Assembly (NCBI GenBank): GCA_009914755.4
Contig: CP068257.2
Coordinates: forward strand, 5,984,001 to 6,048,000
DNA length: 64,000 nucleotides
Origin: the human T2T-CHM13v2.0 reference genome, Homo sapiens
Direction of reading: 5' to 3'
Positions 31,027 through 39,836 of the stretch are shown here, piece after piece; positions within the stretch are counted from its first letter, which is position 1, and each line of letters begins with the position of its first letter. Under the pieces are notes generated by a model, which did not search any database, was not told where the DNA came from, and saw only the letters and a list, made by a program, of their open reading frames with translations. The position numbers and the translations under genes are program-made.

Positions 31027-31090
31027 CTTTCTTTCAACAGGATCTCCCTCTGTCACACAGGCTGTAGCACGTGGCGTAATCTCAACACAC
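31027..31090 (-). mobile_element. Alu 3'-end fragment (antisense), class C
   Basis: 'ctttcaacaggatctccctctgtcacacaggctgtagcacgtggcgtaatctcaacacac'. Confidence 0.75.
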
Positions 31091-31627
31091 ATTCCTTTTC
31101 ACCATTTCATTCCATTCCATTTCATTCCATTCCATTCCATTCCATTACAATTCATTCCATTCCACTGCATTCCTTTTCACTCTATTCCAGTCCACTCCAC
31201 TCCATTTCATTCCACCGCATTCCATTCCACTCTTTTCCACTCTTTTCCACTCCATTCCACTCCATTCCATTTCATTCCACTCCATTCCATTTCACTCCAC
31301 TCCACTCCTCTCCACTCCATTCCACTCCACTCCACTCCATTCCACTCCACTCCATTCCATTTCATTCCATTCCACTCCATTCCTTTCCCTTCCACTCCGT
31401 TCCTTTCCCTTCCATTCCATTCCATTCCATTGCATTCTACTCCACTCCACTCGTTTCCTCTCCCTTCCATTACACTCCACTCATTTCCTTACCATTCCAT
31501 TCCTTACCATTCCATTCCACTCCACTCCTTTCCATTCCATTGCAGTCCACTCCACTCCGCTCCACTCCACTCCACTTCACTGTACTCCTTTTCACTCCAT
31601 TCCATTTCACTCAATTGCATTCCATTC

Positions 31628-31691
31628 CTTTCTTTCGACACTATATCAGTGTGTCACTCAGGCTGGAGAGCAGTGGCACAGTCCCTGCTCA
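31628..31691 (-). mobile_element. Alu 3'-end fragment (antisense), class D
   Basis: 'ctttctttcgacactatatcagtgtgtcactcaggctggagagcagtggcacagtccctgctcac', followed by the 'attacatgacaactttccatt' signature. Confidence 0.75.
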
Positions 31692-32100
31692 CATTACATG
31701 ACAACTTTCCATTTCATTGCATTCTATTTCATTGCATTCTATTGCATTCCATTCCATTCCATTCTATTCCATTCTATTCCTTTCCACTCCACTCCACTCC
31801 ACAACATTCCATCCCATTCCACTCCACTCCACTCTACTACATTACATCACATCCAATTCCATTCCACTCCATTCCACTCCTCTCCACTCCCCTTCTCTCT
31901 AAACCACTCCATTTCACTCCATCCCATTCCATTCCGCTCCATTCCACTGGACTCCGCTCCACCCCACTCCACTCCACTTCTTTCAATTCCATTCCATCCC
32001 ATTCCATTCCTCTCCATTCCACTCCACTCCACTTCACTCCACTCCACTCCAGTCCACTCCATTCCAATCCATTCCATTCCACTGCATTCCATTCCATTCC

Positions 32101-32164
32101 TTTCTTTCGAGTGTATCTCACTCCGTCACCCAGCCTGGAGAGCAGTGGCACAATCTCAGCTGAC
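32101..32164 (-). mobile_element. Alu 3'-end fragment (antisense), class A
   Basis: 'tttctttcgagtgtatctcactccgtcacccagcctggagagcagtggcacaatctcagctgac'. Confidence 0.75.
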
Positions 32165-32376
32165 ATTTCATTTCACCATTCCATTCCATTCCGTTCCATT
32201 CAGTTCCATTCTGCTCTACTCTACTCCACTCCATTGCAATCCATTCACTTCACTCCACTCCATTCCATTCCACTCCACTCCTTTCCCTTCCATCCCATTC
32301 CATTGCACTCCTTTCCTCTCCAATCCACTCTACTCCACTCCATTCCATTCCATTGCACTCCATTAGATTGCATTCC

Positions 32377-32436
32377 TTTCGTTTGACAGGATTTCACTCT
32401 GTCACCCAGGCAGGAGTGCAGTGGCACAATCTCACC
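32377..32436 (-). mobile_element. Alu 3'-end fragment (antisense), class B
   Basis: 'tttcgtttgacaggatttcactctgtcacccaggcaggagtgcagtggcacaatctcac'. Confidence 0.75.
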
Positions 32437-32562
32437 CCATTTTTCATTTCACCATTCCATTCCTTTCCATTCCACTGCACTCCACTCCAATCCACTGAAT
32501 TCCACTCCACTCCACTCCAACCTATTCCATTCCGTGCAATTCCAATCCCTTCCATTCCTCTC

Positions 32563-32627
32563 CTTTCTTTTGACAAGATCTCCCTCTCTCACACAGGGTG
32601 TAGCGCAGTGGCACAATCTCAGCACAC
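32563..32627 (-). mobile_element. Alu 3'-end fragment (antisense), class C
   Basis: 'ctttcttttgacaagatctccctctctcacacagggtgtagcgcagtggcacaatctcagcacac'. Confidence 0.75.
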
Positions 32628-32930
32628 ATTTCTTTTCACGATTCCATTCCACTCCATTTCATTCCTTTCCATTCCGTTTCATTCCATTCCATTCATTTCA
32701 ATTGCATTCCATCCCACTCCATTCCATTCCATTCCATTCCACTCCATTCAATTCCATTCCACTCTATTCCATTCCATTCCACTCCACTCCATTCCATTCC
32801 ACTCCAATCCATTCCACTCCACTCCTCTCCACTCCACTCCTCTAAACTCCACTCCACTCCATTCCATTCCTTTCCATTCCATTCCATTCCATTCCATTCC
32901 ATTCCATTCCATTCCATACCATTCCTTCCC

Positions 32931-32994
32931 TTTCTTTCCAAAGGATCTCACTCTGTCACAGGGGCTGGAGTGCTGTGGCACAATCTCAGCTCAC
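32931..32994 (-). mobile_element. Alu 3'-end fragment (antisense), class E
   Basis: 'tttctttccaaaggatctcactctgtcacaggggctggagtgctgtggcacaatctcagctcac'. Confidence 0.75.
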
Positions 32995-33180
32995 ATTTCT
33001 TTTCACCATTCAATTACGTTCCATTCCATCCCATTCCATTCCTCTCTATTTCACTCCACTCCACTCCATTCCACTCCATCCCATTCCAGTCGACTCCATT
33101 GAACTAAACTCCATTCCACTCCACTCAAATCCATTCCATTCCATTCCATAACATTTCACTCCATGGCATTCCATAGCTTC

Positions 33181-33241
33181 CTTTCCACTGTATATCACTT
33201 TGTCACCCAGGCTTGAGTGCAGTGGCACTATCTCAGCTCAT
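33181..33241 (-). mobile_element. Alu 3'-end fragment (antisense), class D
   Basis: 'ctttccactgtatatcactttgtcacccaggcttgagtgcagtggcactatctcagctca', followed by 'tattacatgtcaactttccattgc'. Confidence 0.75.
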
Positions 33242-33652
33242 ATTACATGTCAACTTTCCATTGCATTGCATTCTATTCCATTGCATTCAATTGCATTCCA
33301 TTCCTTTCCATTACATCCTTTCCATTCCATTCCTTTCCCTTCCATTCCACTCCGTTCGACTCCACTCCACTCCTCTACATTCCATTACATCTGATTCCAT
33401 TCCACTACATTCCACTCCTCTCCATTCAACTACACTCCACTCCACTCCATTCCACTCCATTCCAATCCATTCCGCTCCATTCCACTGCACTTCCCTCCAC
33501 CCCTCTCCACTCCACTTCATTCCATTCCATTCCATCCCATTCCATTCCCCGCCATTCCACTCCACTCCACTTCTCTCCACTCCACTCCTCTCCAGTTCAC
33601 TCCATTCCACTCCACTCCACTCACTCCACTCCACTGCATTCCATTCCACTCC

Positions 33653-33716
33653 CTTCTTTCGAGAGTATCTCACTCTGTCACCCAGCCCGGAGTGTAGTGG
33701 CACAATCTCAGCACAC
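33653..33716 (-). mobile_element. Alu 3'-end fragment (antisense), class A
   Basis: 'cttctttcgagagtatctcactctgtcacccagcccggagtgtagtggcacaatctcagcacac'. Confidence 0.75.
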
Positions 33717-33894
33717 ATTTCATTTCACCATTCCTTTCCATTCTATTCCATTCCATTCCATTCAACTCCACTCCACTCCAATGCATTCCACTCCTCTCCA
33801 TTCCCGTCCATTCCATTCCACTCCTTTCCATTCCACTCCTTTCCACTCCACTTCCCTCCAATCCACTCCATTCCATTCCACTCCATTCTATTCC

Positions 33895-33957
33895 TTTGTT
33901 TTGATGGGGTCTCACTCTGTCACCCAGGCTGGTGTGCAGTGGCACAATCTCAGCTCA
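33895..33957 (-). mobile_element. Alu 3'-end fragment (antisense), class B
   Basis: 'tttgttttgatggggtctcactctgtcacccaggctggtgtgcagtggcacaatctcagctca'. Confidence 0.75.
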
Positions 33958-34065
33958 TATTTCATTTCACCATTCCACTGCACTCCACTCCACTCCACTC
34001 AATTCCACTCCACTCCACTCCAATCCATTCTTTTCCATTCCATTCCAATCCCTAACATTCCACTC

Positions 34066-34130
34066 CTTTCTTTTGACAGGATCTTCCTGTGTCACACAGG
34101 CTGTAGCACAGTGGCACAATCTCAGCACAC
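34066..34130 (-). mobile_element. Alu 3'-end fragment (antisense), class C
   Basis: 'ctttcttttgacaggatcttcctgtgtcacacaggctgtagcacagtggcacaatctcagcacac'. Confidence 0.75.
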
Positions 34131-34556
34131 ATTTCTTTTCACCATTTGATTCCATTCCATTCCACTCTATTTCTTTCCATTCCAATCCCTTCCACTGCAC
34201 TCCACTCCACTCCACTCCTCTCCATTCCCCTCCACTCCACTCCATTCCACTCCATGCCACTCCATTCCACTCCACTCCACTCCATTCCATTCCACTCTAC
34301 TCCATTCCACTCCACTCCTCTCCATTCCACTCCAATCCATTCCACTCCATTCCACTCCTTGCCACTCCATTCCACTCCACTCCACTCCATTCCATTCCAC
34401 TCTATTCCACTCCACTCCACTCAATGCCACTCCCCTCCACTACACTCCATTCCACTCCACACCTATCCACTCCACTCCACTCCCCTCCACTGCATTATAT
34501 TCTTCTCCACTCCACTCCCCTCCACTACATTATATTCCACTCCATTCCATTCCATT

Positions 34557-34620
34557 CTTTCTTTCCACAGGATTTCACTCTGTCACAAAACTGGAGTGCA
34601 GTATCACAATTTCAGCTCAC
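34557..34620 (-). mobile_element. Alu 3'-end fragment (antisense), class E-like
   Basis: 'ctttctttccacaggatttcactctgtcacaaaactggagtgcagtatcacaatttcagctcac'. Confidence 0.7.
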
Positions 34621-35293
34621 ATTTCTTTTCACCATTCCATAGTATTCCATTCCATCGCATTCCATTCTACTCTATTTCATTCCACTCCACTCCACTCCAT
34701 TCCGTTCCACTCCACTCCGTTCCATTCCACTCCATCCCATTCCATTGGACTCCACTCCATTCCACCCCATTCCACTCCACTGCATTTCACTCCATTCCAC
34801 TCCATTCCACTCCACTGCACTCCACTCCACCCCACTCCATTCCATTCCACTCCATTCCATTCCATTGCACTCCATTCCATTCCATTCCATTCCACTCCTT
34901 TCCATTCCATTCTACTCCACTCCATTCCGCTCTACTCCACTCAACTCTACTCCTCTCCACTCCACTCCATTCCATTCCATTCCACTCCATTCCATGCCAT
35001 TCCATTCCACTCCACTCCTTTCCATTCCATTCCACTCCACTCCATTCCACTCTACTCCATTCCACTCCACTCCATTCCACTCTACTCCTCTCCACTCCAC
35101 TCCATTCCAGTCCACTCCATTACACTCCACTCCATTCCACTCTATTCCCCTCCACTCCACTCCATTCTATTCCATTCCACTCCATTCCATGCCATTCCAT
35201 TCCACTCCATTCCAGTCCTCTCCATTCCACTCTACTCTATTCCACTGCACTCCACTCCATTCCATTCCATTCTACTCCATTCCATTCCGTTCC

Positions 35294-35357
35294 TTTATTT
35301 CTACTGGATCTCACTCTATCAACCAGACTGGAGTTCAGTGGCACAATCTTAGATCAC
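35294..35357 (-). mobile_element. Alu 3'-end fragment (antisense), class B-like
   Basis: 'tttatttctactggatctcactctatcaaccagactggagttcagtggcacaatcttagatcac'. Confidence 0.7.
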
Positions 35358-35683
35358 ATTTCATTTCATCATTCCATTCCATTCCTTTCAATTCTATTCA
35401 GTACAACTCCGTTCCACTCCACTCCACTCCACTTAATTCCATTACATCCGATTCCATTCCACTCCATTCCACTCCTCTCCTCTCCACTGCACTCAACTCC
35501 ATTCCACTCCATCCCATTCCAATCTGCTCCATTCCACTGCAATCCCCTCCACCCCACTCATCTCCATTTCATTCCATTCCATTCCATCCCATTCCAGTCC
35601 ACTCCACTTCACCCCACTCCATTCCACTGCAGTCCACTCCATTCCATTCCACTGCATTAAATTATATTCCATTCTTTTGAAAG

Positions 35684-35734
35684 AATCTCACTCTGCCACC
35701 CAGCCTGGAGCACAGTGACACAATCTCGGGTCAC
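35684..35734 (-). mobile_element. Alu 3'-end fragment (antisense), class A
   Basis: 'cttttgaaagaatctcactctgccacccagcctggagcacagtgacacaatctcgggtcac'. Confidence 0.7.
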
Positions 35735-36006
35735 ATTTCATTTCACGATTCCATTCCATTCCATTCCATTCCACTTCACTCCACTCTTCTCCACTCCACT
35801 CCAATCCACTCCACTCTACTCCACTCCATTCCAGTCCACTCCACTACACTCCATTCCATCCCATGCCATTCCACTCCTTTCAACTGCACTCCACTCCACT
35901 CCATTCCAGTCCACTCCACTACACTCCATTCCATTCCACGCCATTCCACTCCTTTCCACTCCACTCCACTCCACTCCACTCCACTCCATTCCATTCCATT
36001 CCACTC

Positions 36007-36071
36007 CTTTCTTTTGACAGAATCTCACTCTGTCACCCAGGCTGGTGTGCAGTGGCACAGTTTCATCTCAC
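36007..36071 (-). mobile_element. Alu 3'-end fragment (antisense), class B
   Basis: 'ctttcttttgacagaatctcactctgtcacccaggctggtgtgcagtggcacagtttcatctcac'. Confidence 0.75.
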
Positions 36072-36193
36072 ATTTCACTTCAGCATTCCATTCCATTCCA
36101 TTCTATTCCACTGCACTCCACTGCACTCCACTCCACTCAATTAGACTCCACTCCAGTCCAATTCATTCCATTCCAATCCCTTCAATTCTAAGC

Positions 36194-36258
36194 CTTTCTT
36201 TCGACAGGATCTCCCTCTGTCACACTGGCTGTAGTGCATTGGCACAGTCTCAGCACAC
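36194..36258 (-). mobile_element. Alu 3'-end fragment (antisense), class C
   Basis: 'ctttctttcgacaggatctccctctgtcacactggctgtagtgcattggcacagtctcagcacac'. Confidence 0.75.
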
Positions 36259-36770
36259 ATTTCTTGTCACCATTTCATTCCATTCCGTTCCATTCCATTC
36301 CATTCTATTACACTACATTCCATTCCACTGCATTCCATTCCACTCTACTCCAGTGCACTCTACTCCATTTCATTCCACTACATTCCATTCCACTCTTTTC
36401 CACTCCATTCCAATCTATTCCGTTCCATTCCTCTCCATTCCATTCCACTCCACTCCACTCCATTCCACTCCTCTCCACCCCATTCCTCTCTACTCCACTC
36501 CATTCCACTCCACTCCATTCCATTTCATTCAATTCCACTCCATTCCATTCCCTTCCATTACATTCCATTTGATTGCATTCCACTCCATTCCACTCCATTC
36601 CTCTCCATTCCACTCCACTCTGCTCCGTTCCATACCATTCCATTCCATTCCATTCCTCTCCACCCTATTCCAATCCATTGCATTCCACTCCACTCCACTT
36701 TAATCCACTCCACTCCTCTCCACTCCATTCCATTCCATTTCACTCCATTGCATTCCATTCCTTTCTTTCA

Positions 36771-36834
36771 ACAGGATATCACTGTGTCACCCAGGCTGGA
36801 GTGCAGTGGCACAATCTCTGTTCACATTACATGT
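36771..36834 (-). mobile_element. Alu 3'-end fragment (antisense), class D
   Basis: 'ctttctttcaacaggatatcactgtgtcacccaggctggagtgcagtggcacaatctctgttcac', followed by 'attacatgtcaactttccatt'. Confidence 0.75.
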
Positions 36835-36986
36835 CAACTTTCCATTTCACTGCATTCTATTCCATTGCATTCCATTGCTTTCCATTTCATTCCATTCCAG
36901 TCCATTCCATTCCATTCCACTCCACTCCATTCCATTCCATTCCATTCCACGCCACTCCACTCCATTCCATTCCATACCATTCCTTT

Positions 36987-37052
36987 CCTTTCTTTCCAAA
37001 GGATCTCACTCTGTCACAGAGGCTGCAGTGCAGTGGCACAATCTTAGTTCAC
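36987..37052 (-). mobile_element. Alu 3'-end fragment (antisense), class E
   Basis: 'cctttctttccaaaggatctcactctgtcacagaggctgcagtgcagtggcacaatcttagttcac'. Confidence 0.75.
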
Positions 37053-37246
37053 ATTTCTTTTCATCATTCCTTTGCATTCCATTCAATCCCATTCCATTCC
37101 TCTCTATTTCACTCCACTCCACTCCACTGCATTCCATTCCACTCCATCCCATTCCATTCGACAACATTCCACTAAACTCCACTCCACTCCACTCAACTCC
37201 ATTCCATTCCGTTCCATACCATTTCACTCCATTCCATTCCATAGCT

Positions 37247-37309
37247 TCTTTTCCACAGGATATCACCGTGTCACCCAGGGTGGAGTGCAGTGACACTATC
37301 TCAGCTCAC
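37247..37309 (-). mobile_element. Alu 3'-end fragment (antisense), class D
   Basis: 'tcttttccacaggatatcaccgtgtcacccagggtggagtgcagtgacactatctcagctcac', followed by 'cttacatgtcaactttccattgc'. Confidence 0.75.
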
Positions 37310-37695
37310 CTTACATGTCAACTTTCCATTGCTTTGCATTCAATTGCATTCCATTCCATTCCATTCCATTCCATTCCATTCCATTCCACTCCGTTCGACT
37401 CCACTCCTCTCCACTCCTCTACATTCCATTACATCTGATTCCATTCCACTCTATTCCACTCGTCTCCACTCCACTGCACTCCACTCCATTCCACTCCATT
37501 CCACTCCATCCCATTCCATTCCACTCCATTCGACTGCACTCCACTCCACCCCACTCTATTCCTCTTCATTCCATTCCATTCCATCTCATTCCATTACTCT
37601 CCATTCCACTCCACTCCACTTCACTCCACTCCACTCCTCTCCAGTCCACTCCATTCCATTCAATTCCATTCCATTACACTGCATTCCATTCCATT

Positions 37696-37760
37696 CCTTT
37701 CTTTCGAGAGTATCTCACTCTGTCACCCAGCCTGGAGCGTGGTGGCACAATCTCAGCTCA
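37696..37760 (-). mobile_element. Alu 3'-end fragment (antisense), class A
   Basis: 'cctttctttcgagagtatctcactctgtcacccagcctggagcgtggtggcacaatctcagctca'. Confidence 0.75.
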
Positions 37761-37958
37761 TATTACATTTCACCATTCCATTCCATTCTCTTCCTTTCTA
37801 TTCCACACCACTCCACTCCAGTACGTTCCCCTCCACTCCACTCCATTCCAGTCCATTCCAGTCCTTTCCATTCCATCCCATTCCATTCCACTCCTTTCCA
37901 CTCCACTCCCCTCCACTCCACTCCAATCCATTCCATTCCACTCCATTCCATTCCATTG

Positions 37959-38024
37959 CTTTCTTTTGACAGGACCTCACTCTATCAACCAGGCTGATAT
38001 GCAGTGGCACAATCTCAGCTCACA
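37959..38024 (-). mobile_element. Alu 3'-end fragment (antisense), class B
   Basis: 'ctttcttttgacaggacctcactctatcaaccaggctgatatgcagtggcacaatctcagctcac'. Confidence 0.75.
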
Positions 38025-38151
38025 TTTCATTTCACCATTCTACTCCATTCCATTCCATTCTATTCCACTGCACTCCACTCCAGTCAATTCCATTCCACTC
38101 TACTCCAATCAATTCCATTCCATTCCATTCCAATCCCTTCTACTCCACTCA

Positions 38152-38183
38152 TTTCTTTCAACAGGATCTCCCTGTGTCACACA
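38152..38183 (-). mobile_element. Alu 3'-end fragment (antisense), class C, internally deleted
   Basis: 'tttctttcaacaggatctccctgtgtcacaca' runs directly into 'tttcttttcaccatttc'. The 'ggctgtagc...ctcagcacac' middle seen in other class-C copies is missing. Confidence 0.6.
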
Positions 38184-38624
38184 TTTCTTTTCACCATTTC
38201 ATTCCATTCCACTCCAGTCCACTCCACTCCATTCCAATCCATGTCAATCCATTCCACTCCACTCCATTCCATTCCACTCTACTTCACTCCAGTCCACTCG
38301 TCTCCATTCCACTCCACTCCACTCCACTGAATTCCACTCCATGCCACTCCATTCCACTCCACTGCATTCCACTGCATGACACTCCATTCCACTCCACTCC
38401 ACTCCATTCCATTCCACTCCACTCCACTCCATTCCATTCCACTCTACTCCACTCCATTCCACTCCACTCAATTCCATTTCACTCCACTCCACTCCATTCC
38501 TCTCCACTCCACTCCACTCCTCTCCACTCCTCTCCACTGCATTCCATTCCACTCCATTCCTCTCCACTCCACTCCTCTCCACTCCACTCCACTGCATTCC
38601 ATTCCACTCCATTCCATTCCATTA

Positions 38625-38689
38625 ATTTCTTTCCACAGGAACTCACTATGTCACAAAGGCTGGAGTGCAGTGGCACAGTCTCAGCTGAC
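38625..38689 (-). mobile_element. Alu 3'-end fragment (antisense), class E-like
   Basis: 'atttctttccacaggaactcactatgtcacaaaggctggagtgcagtggcacagtctcagctgac'. Confidence 0.7.
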
Positions 38690-38836
38690 ATTTCTTTTCA
38701 CCATTCCATTGCATTCCATTCCATCCTATTCCATTCCACTCTATTTCACTCCACCCCACTCCACTCCATTCCTTTCCACTCCTTCCCTTTCCATTCCGCT
38801 CCACTCCACTCCATTCCACTCCGTTGCATTCCATTC

Positions 38837-38901
38837 ATTTCTTTCAACAGGATATCACTGTGTCACCCTGGCTGGAGTGAAGTGGCACAATCTCAGCTCA
38901 C
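38837..38901 (-). mobile_element. Alu 3'-end fragment (antisense), class D
   Basis: 'atttctttcaacaggatatcactgtgtcaccctggctggagtgaagtggcacaatctcagctcac', followed by 'gttacatgtcatctttccattgc'. Confidence 0.75.
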
Positions 38902-39333
38902 GTTACATGTCATCTTTCCATTGCGTTGCATTCTATTCCATTGCATTCCATTGCATTCCATTGCATTCCATTCCATTCCAGTCCTTTCCATTCTATTCCA
39001 TTCCATTAAATTCCATTCCATTCCATTCTGTTCCACTCCACTCCCCTGCACTGCACTACATTCCATTACACCCGATCCCATTCCACTCCATTCCAGCCCT
39101 CTCCACTCCACTGCACTCCACTCCACTCTATTCCAATCCATCCCATTCCATTCCGCTCCATACCACTGCACTCCACTCCACCCCACTCCACTCCTCTTCA
39201 TTCCATTCCATTCCATCTTTTTCCATTCCTTTCGATTGCACTGTACTCCACTTCACTCCACTCCACTCTGCTCCACTCCACTCCACTCCACTCCAAACCA
39301 TGCCATTCCATTCCACTGCATTCAATTCCATTC

Positions 39334-39397
39334 CTTTCTTTCGAGAGTATCTCACTCTGTCACCCAGCCTGGAGCACAGTGGCAGAATCTCAGCTCA
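39334..39397 (-). mobile_element. Alu 3'-end fragment (antisense), class A
   Basis: 'cctttctttcgagagtatctcactctgtcacccagcctggagcacagtggcagaatctcagctcac'. Confidence 0.75.
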
Positions 39398-39626
39398 CAT
39401 TTCATTTCACCATTCCATTGCATTCTACTCCATTAAATTCCAATGCACTCCACTCCACTCCAATCCATTCCACTCCACTCCACCCCAGTCCAGTCCACTC
39501 CAGTCCTTTTCTTTCCTTCCCATTCCATTCCACTCCTTTCTACTCCACTCCATTCCACTTCTTTCAATTCCATTACATTCCATTCCACTCCATTCCACTC
39601 CATTCCACTCCATTCCATTCCAGTAC

Positions 39627-39689
39627 TTTCTTTTGACTGTATCTCACTCTGTCACCCAGGCTAGTGTGCAGTGGCACAATCTCAGCCCA
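39627..39689 (-). mobile_element. Alu 3'-end fragment (antisense), class B-like
   Basis: 'tttcttttgactgtatctcactctgtcacccaggctagtgtgcagtggcacaatctcagccca'. Confidence 0.7.
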
Positions 39690-39804
39690 TAATTTCACCA
39701 TTCCATTCCATTCCATTCCACTGCACTCCACTCCACTCCACTCAATTCCACTTCACTCCACTCCTATCCATTCCATTCCATTCCAATCCCTTCCATTCCA
39801 CTCC

Positions 39805-39836
39805 TTTATTTCAACAGGGTCTCCATCTGTCACACA
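39805..39836 (-). mobile_element. Alu 3'-end fragment (antisense), class C, truncated at the HSat3/beta-satellite junction
   Basis: 'tttatttcaacagggtctccatctgtcacaca' is followed immediately by 'tgatcacccaggtgataggac', the first beta-satellite monomer. Confidence 0.7.
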